Source: Catajapyx aquilonaris (lineage: Eukaryota). From it: 64,000 nt of DNA. The translations under genes and the position numbers were made by a program. This document shows, piece after piece, positions 53,001 to 63,426 of this stretch; positions within the stretch are counted from its first letter, which is position 1; each line of letters starts with the position of its first letter. The stretch lies in contig KZ538146.1 of NCBI GenBank assembly GCA_000934665.2, forward strand, positions 1 to 64,000, written 5' to 3'. The notes beneath the pieces were generated by a model. That model was not told the origin of the DNA and made no database searches. It saw nothing but the letters and a program-made list of their open reading frames with translations.

Positions 53001-55470
53001 GATACATGTCTTGGGCATTTCCATGCAAACACAGACATACTGTCCGTTCGTTACGCAGGTTTTGCAGACATGTACTTGCGTATTTTATTGTAACGTGCCA
53101 GACGAACTGATTTGCTGAAATCTTCGCATTTCGCGAAAATTAAGTATGGTTTGGAGTTTTCAGATGTGACGGAGGTAAGCCGCAGATAAGTATTGATTGA
53201 ATTATTGCAAAGGGTACCACGATTTCAGCAAATTCGTCTGGTACAGTTCTCAATGTATATATTCCGTATATTTTAGCGTATTTCATAATAATTAAATCAG
53301 ACTAACCGTTGGCTGGTAGCACTCGACTTTCGTTTTTTTTACGACTATCTCTGTGAAAATGATTTTAGGGACTTCTAAGCGACGAAAATCGTCTCCAATG
53401 CATTCATAGTGCAGACTGTATAGTGTAGAGCATAAGTTATGTGTACTGTCAAAAAAGAACTGAAATTAGATCAAAAACTTTCCCTTCAGTAAAAAAAGAG
53501 AAAACCTCCGCGGCGGAATGAAGGTACTGAAACAAGGCAGGCGCACGTAAGACTTTCACCAATTGATTTAAGCTGTACCATAGGTCTTACTCAAGCAATT
53601 CTCAAGTACGGTATGGAACCGCTCGTAAAATGACTGCTGCAAACTACTCTGAGCAGTAGGTAGGATTTTATTATGAAAAGAAAAAAAAGGGGGGGGGGGG
53701 GAAACTAAACCCATTCTAACAGACTTGGTCCAATCGAAAAAGACCCTCTAAAATTCACCAATTAACGTTTACACGTGAAAAATTAAACGTTAGAGTTAAA
53801 ATCAGCATCTAAAAGAGGCAACGATTCTGCATGAATGTTTCATGGCAATAATTCGCACTAATCGCATAGAAATTCAATGTGCTTAATATTGAAGTTCCTA
53901 ATTTCATAAAACACTAATATGAAGTGGCTCATGGAAAATTAATGGGTGGAATTTTTGTCGTACTACTATTATTATTACTATTAACTATAGGTCTGTAGTT
54001 ACTGCTAACTTATAGCAGTACCATTGCACTACACTGGTACTGCTAAGTTAGAAGTATAACTAGTAGTACGACAGAAATTCCACTAATTGTTTTCAGAAAG
54101 GAAATTTCATGAGTAGTAAATTGGTAATTGCTTGAGTAAGACCTATGGTACAGCTTAAATCAATTGGTGAAGGTCTTACGTGCGCCTGCCTTGTTTTAGT
54201 ACCTTCATTCCGCCGCGGAGGTCTTACTTCTCTTTTTTTTTTACTGAAGGGAAAGTTTTTGATCTAATAAATAAATAAAATAAAACCCTGGGTGCCCAAC
54301 TGCCTGCACCGATACTTGACTTATGGGGAATGTAAAGATTGCCCCCAACAGAATCAATATTCTGCACATTCTTACTTTTTCGAGTCCACCATGCAAATCG
54401 GTTTCTCTAGTTTTCAAGTCCCAGCCAGTGAGAAGAAAATAATCAATGTAGACTACACTTCTGGCCACCCTCAGCCAAGTAGTAGCCACAATTACTGTGA
54501 GTTCGCTGGAAAGAGACCTCTGATTATTTCATAGGTTGGAAAAAAATGGGTTATAAAGGGAGGGAAAAGCAATGGAAGCATTACGCCAGGCCAATTTCCA
54601 AAATTTACATTCAAGTCTTGCTTTGATAGTGGAAAGAGATGTATTTTTTATGTGCCATATTGTGACCAGCCTTTGTCGTGTGCCCAGCCGATAGCTGTGG
54701 TAGTGATTGCAGTGTCAGTGTTCGTACATATACCGTATTACCTCACGTAAAGCGGAATGCCGGTATGAAACGAGGTCGACCAGCATGCCGGTATAACCCA
54801 GGGGTGGCCGGCATGCCGCAATAACCGAGGTATATTTCCGTAATTTTGATCCTTGCCAAAAAAAATTTAATGCTTCTGGTACCATACTAAAATAATGTTA
54901 CTATGAAAATTGGCGAGTGTACACTGTGTACTGCAGGCTGTGAGAATATGTCAGTTCTGTTGCACAGTGCATTTAAAAAATGTAGAGTATATGCCCAATC
55001 CCATCGTCAGCCTGCTTTGACAGGGGAACCCCCTGCTATAACATACTGTTTAAATTGAGATTAGTGCCAATGGAAAACATTATATGGTACCCTATTTGGA
55101 AAATGCGCCTTTTCGATAGCCTTTATGTGAATTTTGATTTTCAGCCAAGTGTCAAGTTCAGAAAGGATAATGTAACTTGAAAACCTCACTTCATACCGGC
55201 ATACCTCGCCCTATACTGGCATGCCGGTATAGCCACCAGATCATACATTATTTCTAAAAACTGGTCGACCTCGGCTACACCGGCATGCGGCTTTATGTGA
55301 GGTAATACGGTATAGGTTTTCAAAACAAGGGACCTTCCTTACAGGAGGAGCAAGAGGAAAAGATGAGCAGCAGTGGGAAGAATGCTCCAAAAAGGGGCCC
55401 GACCAAGAAGAGCAGCTGCAGTGGGAAGACTGCTCCAAAAAGGGGCCCGACCAAGAAGAGGAGGACTTAG
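43566..55470 (+). CDS. Small uncharacterised protein (~121 aa): acidic Trp-rich N-terminus, CxxC-x14-CGH zinc-binding (half-RING-like) motif, duplicated basic tail
   Basis: Exons 43566-43581 (|GTAAGC), 44664-44695 (|GTAATT), 47827-47922 (|GTATCA), 49091-49186 (|GTGAGT) and 55345-55470 (TAG) join in phases 1,0,0,0 with no stop: MDNTAAEDSLLQWDSQWEHEWEASDSAWQTDREAVLEMARSEADWAMQREIEVMEECYVCGEIFAKEEGMTKFPCGHDIKEEQEEKMSSSGKNAPKRGPTKKSSCSGKTAPKRGPTKKRRT. Confidence 0.6.
44109..44345. mobile_element. CACTA/CMC-type MITE
   Basis: CACTGAAAAAAAAAATTAGTTGC ... GCAACTAATTTTTTTTCAGTG ends, with subterminal TTAGTTG repeats. Confidence 0.75.
44350..44550. mobile_element. Palindromic MITE
   Basis: Arms of ~70 bp: CTTCACTGAATGTGCATATGAAAGTGATTATCTGGTATTTT...GGTGGCAAAAATAAGTGC and its near-perfect reverse complement. 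Confidence 0.7.
44847..47170 (-). mobile_element. Internally deleted, inactive CACTA/EnSpm transposon (spliced ORF1 remnant plus transposase C-terminus)
   Basis: ORF1-type exons read DVRAACLLHMLPLLF...WKPSLLEVQQSFIE (46455-46325) and QPMIILVG...AMDVCFKTFHVFGATY, then a frameshift into PQECEHMWIFIQHFFYDI. These abut the transposase C-terminus GPLIHMWNMRY*SKYRESK...RKNVATSLAMKQQ...PVFGIVHILYV...GFNDHVQSYEV (45440-44847), matching the EnSpm GPL..W.MR.E.KH motif. Termini not identified. Confidence 0.8.
46925..47001. repeat. (AAT)n microsatellite
   Basis: Direct reading. Confidence 0.95.
47023..48625. repeat. Local diverged direct duplication (~560 bp: 47023-47587 and 47970-48625)
   Basis: Both copies start CTTAGCTCTCCTCGTCACTCC and share CCAGGTTTTACCAGGTTGTCTCATTCTATGATCCAG and CATGTTACAATGTTGATTTTT. 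Confidence 0.85.
48301..48411 (+). mobile_element. LINE (CR1/L2-like) ORF2 fragment
   Basis: Translates to TLKYVDSAVITSANYASPIWGLNEIRNLERVQGTAI*, the post-RT Y(A)S.(I)W...LERVQ motif. Confidence 0.7.
50199..50415. mobile_element. MITE
   Basis: Inverted GCATAAAGATGGAGACGGCA (50211-50230) / TGCCGTCTCCATCTTTATGC (50384-50403), extending to GTAC ends. Confidence 0.65.
52215..52636. mobile_element. pogo/Tigger-type MITE
   Basis: TA|CAGTTGAATCCGGATATAAC ... GTTGTATCCGGGTTCAACTG|TA, with internal CGG(C/T)TATAAC repeats. Confidence 0.8.
52702..53300. mobile_element. Foldback/MITE with an internal ~160-bp diverged duplication
   Basis: CTGATTTAATTAT...TGCGGAATAT and ATATTCCGTA...ATAATTAAATCAG ends; the block GCATTTCGCGAAAATTAA...GGAGTTTTCAGATGTGAC occurs twice. 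Confidence 0.65.
53465..54268. mobile_element. MITE with ~135-bp TIRs
   Basis: 53465-53600 is the reverse complement of 54126-54268. A further copy of the arm lies at ~39619-39745. Confidence 0.8.
54733..55310. mobile_element. Tc1/mariner-superfamily MITE (CCGTA termini)
   Basis: TA|CCGTATTACCTCACGTAAAGC ... GCTTTATGTGAGGTAATACGG|TA, with internal GCATGCCGG repeats. Confidence 0.8.
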
Positions 55471-56858
55471 CGACTCATAGTCGAAACTATTGGGAGCACG
55501 AGTTATTGTACTTGCTATAACGATGTTAGTTGTTAGTTCCATGATGTTTTCTTTATTTTTTTTACGGAAAGTGATATTATTTTCAGTTTGTGATGACAAA
55601 AGGTTTTTGTGAGAAGTGGTGATATTATTTTGAGCTTTGGAGGAGAAATCTTTGAATACAATTCGTTTTATATTATCTTATATTTTCTTGGAGCATTTTT
55701 TGTAGTGCTGGACATATTAGTAGCCACTAAATGTTTATTTTCGGCATTGGAGGCGCTGGCGTTACCTGTCAACCAATCAAACATTTAGGAAATGCTAATA
55801 GGCTATGTCCAGAACAGTACATAATATGATATTGTAAAAATATAAGTTTGTGACTCTATATACTACAGTGTATCCAAAAACAACAGTCAATCCCTTTTTC
55901 ATGCCGAGGAATTACAATATCCCTGACTCCAATCTAAATACCATTTCAGGATGAATTGTGCTGTCAGGCACAGTTTTTGAGATATACCGGTACTGCATTT
56001 ACTAATAGATAGTCTATTAGTAAATGCAGTAAATCTCAAAAACTGTGCCTGACAGCACAATTCTAAGTGCAGGTTTGGAATCAGGGCGAAAAGTACTATA
56101 AGAATCACTATTCGCATCTTCAGAAAGAGCTAAAAGGTTGTTTTTTTTGTAGAAGAGTGAAATTAACATTAACTGTACTGGTTATCTGCAAAACAGATCT
56201 ATTATTTTCTCGCGAACCATGCATGACCCAGGCCTCAAACTTAACATACTGAACCTCATGTCGGTCACAACTATAGTGCCACCAAATATGACTGATGTAC
56301 CGCAAATACAGCACTAATTTATTGTTGAGGTCACAATTCTTGGGCATGTGACTGAGCAGGTGACCAATGAAATGCTATAAAAAGTTATTTTTACATTTTA
56401 AAATAAAACTAATTCAATAGGTGCATTTGCCTAATGTTCTCTTTCGTTTGATATACTGTATAATTATGTTCATTGGGTGTTGACCACTTCCACTAAACGA
56501 AAAAAATTATCCAAGAAAGGCCTCATTTTCAGCCATTTCCAGATTTTTGCGATTTTTTCCCCTCATCATGGTATTACGCAATATGGCTGAAATTTCATAA
56601 GCAGCATTATGGCATATGTCTGTACATCTGTGATTATTTTCGCCAAGATCCTAGATGGTCTAGCAACATTTAGGCCCCCTTGATTCGGAAAGACCCTTTA
56701 GTAAACCGTTCAAGGTTTTAAAACGATATATCTCAAACACTGTGCCTGACAGCACAATTCTAATGACAGATTTGGAATCAGCGGCGAAAACACTTATTGA
56801 AACACATGTCATAATCCGAGAAATAATACACTTGTCAAACCAATGGTCAAACAGTGTA

Positions 56859-57562
56859 CAGGGCTATTCATAAGTCTTGACCCTATTTTAAAAATTCACC
56901 AAAAATACACTACACAACAGATAGTTGTAATTAATATACCAAAAGAGCTAGAAAGGATCCGAGTTTTTTTTACAGCAAACCCCTCTCGTGTTGTAGCCTT
57001 GCTGTGCCGCTAGGAGGCAGTAGTTAGAAAATGATAAATTATTCATTATAAACAAGATGGTGCTCCACCTCATTTCCATACCCAGGTGCGATGGTACTTC
57101 AACCAAAACATACCACGACGTTAGATTGGACGCACAAGTCCCGATGATGAGGTGTTAATGCGGTGGCCACCCTGGTCACCCGATTTAACTCACAACTTTT
57201 TCTTACTGGGATTTGTGAACGACACTGTCTTTGTGCCTCCACTCACTGCCAATGTCCAGGAACTTCGCCACCGCATCACCATGGCTGTCACAAACTCTCA
57301 ATGATTGACCTAACAAAAATTTACTCCATTTCGCCCCATACGCGAGCAAGCATGTCACATGCTTGCTCGTGTATGGGGCGAAATGGAGTATCGGCTAGAT
57401 GTGTGCCGCATCTCCAGAGGAGGACACATAGAACATTTGTAATGTGTGTAAAAAAAACTCGGATCCTTTCTCGCTCTTTTGGTATATTAATTACAACTAT
57501 CTGTTGTGTAGTGTATTTTTGGTGAATTTTTAAAATAGGGTCAAGACTTATGAATAGCCCTG
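56859..57562 (+). mobile_element. Deleted Tc1/mariner (maT-like) transposon
   Basis: TIRs of ~115 bp (CAGGGCTATTCATAAGTCTTGACCC...) with TA TSD. The internal transposase remnant reads QDGAPPHF...PRR*IGR...WPPWSPDLT and RVWGEMEYRLDVCRISRGGHIEHL*, with a stop and frameshifts. Confidence 0.92.
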
Positions 57563-58406
57563 TATTATAATTATCATACTTGTGTTTTAGTGAAACTAAG
57601 ACCCGAGAAAAATTGTGCGGCACAATGTCAGTTCCTGTAGCATTTTCTGAACATTTTGACAATAAGAAACGAGGAAATTTTTTTAGTTCTAAAATATTGA
57701 CCACAAACAATGACAAGAAACCAATGTTCTCCTCTGAGGACATTAGGACTCAATTGCTGCCACGGAACAGATGAATGCTGAAAAATTTAATGCCACTCAA
57801 TGGATTACTCGCATAGTGCTCTATCTTCTAAAATCTAAACAATAGTTTTTACATTCATTTGTGGAATTCGTAGTAGCAATTCCTCTCAGAAGACAATATT
57901 AATATTAATATAAATATAAATATGAAATTATCTTTCAAGGTCAAAACTTCAGGCATGGGGCTTGCTCCTTCCCTTCTTGCCTCCTAGTGTGATACCTCTC
58001 TATTCTAGATATAAAAATTGAACTGTAGTGCAAAGCACACTTCCTTATGGGTGTATAGGTACAGGGAGGTACAGAACAGTTACATCCTAATCGGAGAAAA
58101 CGTTTTTTGTGCGAATGTCCATGTAAATGGACATTTGGTCTCAGGAGAATATAATGATGTTAGTTTAAAATTAAGTTGTTTAACTGTAAGTAAAACTGGA
58201 CACTGAGAAATGGTGATTAGCTTACTATAAATTACAGATATTTTTCATTGTGCAGCGCAAAGGGGCAAATCATTTGATATTAAATAGTGTAACATATTCC
58301 AGTCGGGTTGAACCTGAATTTCAATCTGGTCAAGTGTACTGCTTTTGAAATGACTTACCCTAAGGATGATCACATGCCAGAGTAAATCGGGTCTAAAATG
58401 TGTTAA

Positions 58407-58562
58407 CCCTGTAATGCCACTAATCTAAGTAATGCCCACTGGGTCATATCTGGCACACCATTTAGTGCAATTTTTGCAACTTTTGCCATTTTTATGTTTT
58501 CTGTAAGTGTGCCAAATTGCACTAAATGGTGTGCCAGATATGACCCAAGGGGCATTACAGGG
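58407..58562. mobile_element. piggyBac-type MITE
   Basis: TTAA|CCCTGTAATGCC ... GGCATTACAGGG|TTAA, with internal inverted arms GGGTCATATCTGGCACACCATTTAGTGCAATTT. Confidence 0.85.
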
Positions 58563-61293
58563 TTAATACGTACCATTTTGATCCACTTACACGCTTAAAT
58601 GTTTCCTCTCTAAAACCCCACATTTCTTCTCTAAATTGTTGGTCTACAGAGGAATTTTCATTCCTCCATAGTCCGTGGTGACAACCCACCTCCCATGTTT
58701 CTCAACACTATACCATCATAATTATTGCTATACACTGTATACAGTATGGGTCGAATTTTTGTCCCACTGATAGGTACTGCTAAGTACAGTGTTGGACATT
58801 AATCGAGGCATACTACTAGCGACATTTTCCGAAGCTGCAGAAGAAGGAATCGAAGATAAGCCGGGATACTGCAAGCCGGGTGTTGACATGCGATTACAGC
58901 ATACACCACTGTAATACTGTATATAGGTGTAGGCTACTGTAAACTGAAACTGCAGTTTATAGAAAAAAAAATCACTTCATCTTGGTAAAGTGCTGTTATA
59001 TTTAACGCCTGGATACGTTTGTACGAACTTTGTTTTGACATAACTGAGATCCAGAAATCGCCCATTATTTTAAGACCAGCACTCAATAAATTGCATTATA
59101 TTTTCCAGCCTTGATATCAATGCATGTGGCCCTCATTAACATTCCTGGAAGCACTGGGAGAGTTACATAACCAAAATTTTTGGCAGTACTTAATTTTGTA
59201 ACAAGTAGAAGGGCATCCTTCCGACGTTTTTTCGACAGATGAAAGATAGTGTTGGCTTATCAGTGACCTTCCATGCAAACCCATGTCGCCCGAGTGTGAG
59301 AAATGACAAGGACGTTTATTCTTCTGTAAATCTGAAGAAATTCATGGATATCCTGCTTGTCTGTATGACACGCTATAAATTTGCAGCACCCTCTTTTTTT
59401 CCCCCCTTTTGTGCGTGTGGAACACACACCAACATGTGAATAATTCCTACTAAACCATTGTTAAATTGCCTTTCAGGCATAAAACAATCTCTAACTCCCC
59501 CAAAAAAATTCCGCCAAGAATCTATTTAAAGCTGAGTTCCATGTTATAAACAGGACACGCGAGACATGTATAACTAAACATCCCAAAAAATTAGCTGCGT
59601 GAAAGAATGTGCCCGAATGAAACCGGTCCTTCATTTCCCTACACAACTCATCAACCGGACCACTTTGCGGACCCAACTCTCGTCAGTGGATAGTTTATGG
59701 TTGACTCCTTTAGCTTCCCATACATTTCAATGGGACGGTGATCAAACCTCCTTGACCATTAACCTGTGACATGAATTATGCATCAGACATCCAGGTAGAT
59801 GCAAGCTGTCTGTTTATTAGTGTCTAGATCCGTACATTCCATTCGCTAGTTCCTTTCTGTGTCGCAATCCACACGAGGCAGACCCTTACGTAACTTCCCT
59901 CCTAATTAGCCATGACTTTCATGCCCCTTTGAATAAAAAAAACAAGTTGTGTTTCAAACGACGGGTGTTATTATTTTCCTCCTGCACATTTGAGTCGTCT
60001 TGCAGGTAACTATTTTTTTGCAGCGAGGAAACGTTTTCTTACATAGGTGGTTTTTTGGGTTCATGGCCGCCAAAACGGAACGAGCAGAGCGTGATCATAA
60101 GCGTCCCCTGGAGAGCGTTGGTCTAAGCACATGCAAGAGAGTTGGCGATTCCGGTGTTTCTAACCTGCTAGGTTATTGCACTGGGGGTCTGTACACACAT
60201 GACGTGTTTGTACAGCATATTGTTACTACCAGCAGGCAAAATAACTTACTATTGAAATAGCTAGGTGATGTGCGTTAGACCAGTTAACGTATTCCGTAAG
60301 TCAATACTATTATAGACTATGTGCTTTTAAGGGTAAATATTGCAGCAAGTATGAACTTGACATAAGTTGGTAATAATGATCATGTGTCAGTTTATATTTG
60401 AAAAACCAGCGTGATAAAAACTTCACAGGCATTTAGATGCCTATCGGACCACCGTACTGTGATGCGTAAATATAACATAATGAAGCTCGAAGGTAGAACA
60501 AAAGTAACAATGATCATGATAGCTTTATAGCAATCTTAACACAATCTTCTCCTTATATGACATTTTCTACATGCATTCTGCACAAATGATATGTCAATGA
60601 TGTTTCTTTAGTGCCCATCTTCTTATTCATTACACGTTTCAAATTGCGAGACTTTCTCTATTCAAAAATATTTCACGACGAACTGGATCAAAATGTAGGC
60701 ACGTGCCTAACAATGTGAGAAACTCATTCGATGCGATTCAGTTGCTTTCTCACCATTTGTCAAAAGGGGCCAAAGCTTATTATGAAAAACTGCTGCAAGT
60801 AAAAAATTAACAGTGGGCAAAATCCACTCATTTCAAGTGTATGAATTAGTTGATTTTTGATACAATAATTCAGGTATAGGTCTAATAAGCGGATGATTTT
60901 TATGAAGAAATGTCAAAAAGTCAATTGTTTGACTCTGNNNNNNNNNNNNNNNTTTTTTTCCTCCCCCCCCCCCCCCCCCAATTATCATTATATGTGAAAT
61001 ATCTTTTTCCAGGTGGCATATTAATTTCACCCACATGGTTTTATCGTGATCGTTACTGATAAAAAGATCAGCCTACACTTATATTATGCTGTCTTGACTG
61101 ACGTTGTCGGTCACGAAACCGCCATAATATTACGATGTAACTACTGAGACGTCTATAGCTTCTCTGGAAGCTTGGTGTCAATAATCTTGCTTCTCTATAC
61201 GCTTGGGCATCGCGACTTACGCCCATGAAATGAATGTCTTAAAAATTAATCAGGCATACGCTAGGAACATCACTGTAATTATTTTATTACTTA

Positions 61294-61407
61294 GGGTGAA
61301 ATTTTCGTCCCACTGCTAGTTACTGCTAACTTAGCAGTTGCTGTGTTGGCAGTGGTATACTGCTCAGTTAGCAGTAACTTACTAGCAGTGGGACGAAAAT
61401 TCAACCC
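61294..61407. mobile_element. PIF/Harbinger-type palindromic MITE (multi-copy family)
   Basis: TTA|GGGTGAAATTTTCGTCCCACTGCTAGT ... ACTAGCAGTGGGACGAAAATTCAACCC|TTA. Related copies at ~53944-54083, ~58748-58790 and ~63953-64000. Confidence 0.8.
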
Positions 61408-62352
61408 TTAGTCTTTAATTCCAAATGTAGCACAGTGCATGCGCGTCATAGAGTATTTTTATTACTTACCATTCGCTGTAACATAAAATTTAATCATCTG
61501 CACTGATGGGCATATCCATACATGGTAGGATGATCTGTGTTGCTCACCATATTAGGTTATTTTATCTTTCTTTATTTTATTTTATATATTTATTTATTAA
61601 TTAAGTCGATTGATAGTTTACGATTATTAGCATAAAAATATAATGTGCATTTTAAAGTTCGATAGTATTGGCTGTCGTACATCCTCGCCATCTGAAAGTT
61701 GGGGAGATTCCAGGGATTGGTCATAGAAGTCGCGTTGATGCATAGCGTGTGCAAATTTTCATGACCACCTGCTAGTTGTCTTTTCTTGTTCTCACAGTGC
61801 AGGTACAACAACGACCCCACGTTCTTTCTCACCATGCATCTATTTACAGCGTGTTCCAAGAAGTGACGCATCACACCCTCAAGTTCTCCGAATTATCCAT
61901 TAATGTCAACATATAAATGAGGAAGTACATTAGACGTGCTTGAAGATTCTTGCAATGTTTCGGACTCGGCAATATTTCTGCACATTATTACCGCATAATA
62001 AGCGTTACTACCGGTTCTCCCATCGTTGCGGCCAGTTGTCACATTAGTTGCATAAGGAGTACTGGCAGTGAATAATTCATTGTCTTACCTGTAGGATGTG
62101 GCGTTCCTACATGGGTAATTGCTAGGATCGGGCTCATTTATAGCCCAGTCGTATACAAAGTCATGGCCACTCTGGCCATGTACACTGTATACGACTTCTA
62201 CTATGTGCATGTGCTGGTGTTGTCAGAGTCAAGGTTGTACAGGATGAGGATAGGTGAGGTTGTCGTTTTTTAGGGGGGTGGTGAGGGGGATGGGTTGAAG
62301 GGTGAGGTGGTTTGGTAAGGGAGTGGTGGGGTGGGGTTGGGGTTGGAGCAAA

Positions 62353-62409
62353 GTATATAAAAGAGCGTGTTCAAGAAGATGGTTAGGTATACCAGAAGTC
62401 CATTGGCAG
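62353..62409 (+). promoter_or_regulatory. TATA box and non-coding first exon
   Basis: GTATATAAAAG at ~62353-62363 and donor CAG|GTGAGT at 62409. Confidence 0.65.
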
Positions 62410-62487
62410 GTGAGTGACTTCATGATTTGGGTATCGGGAACATGAAAAGAAAAAAAAAATCCTTACTGCTGTGGGAGTTCTTGTTCC

Positions 62488-62561
62488 ATTCCTGTGGCTC
62501 AGTGGTAGAGTTCGCTCCATTCATTTGGAGCGAGACCCAGGTTCGATTCCTGGCAGGGATA
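62488..62561 (+). mobile_element. tRNA-like cloverleaf (probable SINE head) in an intron
   Basis: Acceptor stem ATTCCTG/CAGGGAT, D arm GCTC-AGTGGTA-GAGT, T arm CCAGG-TTCGATT-CCTGG, enlarged anticodon arm CGCTCCA-TTCATT-TGGAGCG. Confidence 0.6.
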
Positions 62562-62692
62562 GCAGTCTCCTACCCGTTCAGTGTTGTGTCTGATTTGTGT
62601 GTATCAATAGGTCAATTGTACTAGAACAAACTCCTGCTTCAGTCATTTTGTGTTTCAGAAAGTTGGTTCCCGATTCGGTGTGATAAACAGTC

Positions 62693-62746
62693 ATGAACAT
62701 CCTTCTCATCGTTGCTTCCATTGCCCTGTCAACAGCACTGCCAGCG
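62693..62746 (+). CDS. First coding exon (signal peptide) of a secreted protein; gene continues beyond the window
   Basis: Acceptor TTTCAG at 62658, ATG at 62693, MNILLIVASIALSTALPA, donor GCG|GTGAGT; upstream TATA box and non-coding exon. Confidence 0.7.
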
Positions 62747-63189
62747 GTGAGTTACATATTTTTTTTGAAAAGAAATAAAATAAAAAAACTACTGCCATTA
62801 ATATTGCTGAGTTGAGAATTAGCTCCTTATAGACTTTATATCATTATCGAAAAAAAGTATTATATAACGGCTCTATGTGTCTGTCTGTCCATCCGTCTGT
62901 GGACAGGTATCAGGGCCTAAACCGCAGGAGATAGCGGCAAACGGTTTTCGGATTCCGATTAAGAGTGGCCAAAACAGGTGTCATGGTCAACTTCCGGTGA
63001 TCCGACACTTCCGGTTTTCCGGGTTCACTCTATCCGCACAATTCTACTTTACGGGCAGATAAGGCTATATGCCTAGGGGCGGCAAAAACCTAAATACGTC
63101 ACTGATTTAGTGGGTACTTTTATGTGAGATATCGCTTTTATTTTCAATTGACAGAAGACCCTACAGTCGCGTACACGCATAATCTAGTC

Positions 63190-63426
63190 CAGTGGTTTCC
63201 AACCTGGGGGTCGCGGGGGGTCGCGAGCCTTTGTTCAACTTTTTTTTTTTTTTGCAATTTCTGTGTAAATTGAACCATTTTTGCGGCCGTACAGAATGCA
63301 TGTTTTCTGGAAATGGGTCAGTTGTAGAAGGGNNNNNNNNNNNNNNNNNNNNNNGGGGGGGGGGGGTCGCACATTTATAGAAACATGTTTAGGGGGTCGC
63401 AGTTGGTAAAAGGTTGGAAACCACTG
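63190..63426. mobile_element. hAT (Charlie/SPIN-like) MITE
   Basis: TIR CAGTGGTTTCCAACCT / AGGTTGGAAACCACTG, 8-bp TSD ATCTAGTC/GTCTAGTC, subterminal GGGGTCGC repeats. Confidence 0.85.

Noticed and set aside
62488..62561. Functional tRNA gene
   Set aside because: The anticodon arm is 20 nt rather than 17, and there is no downstream oligo-T terminator. Treated as SINE/tRNA-like.
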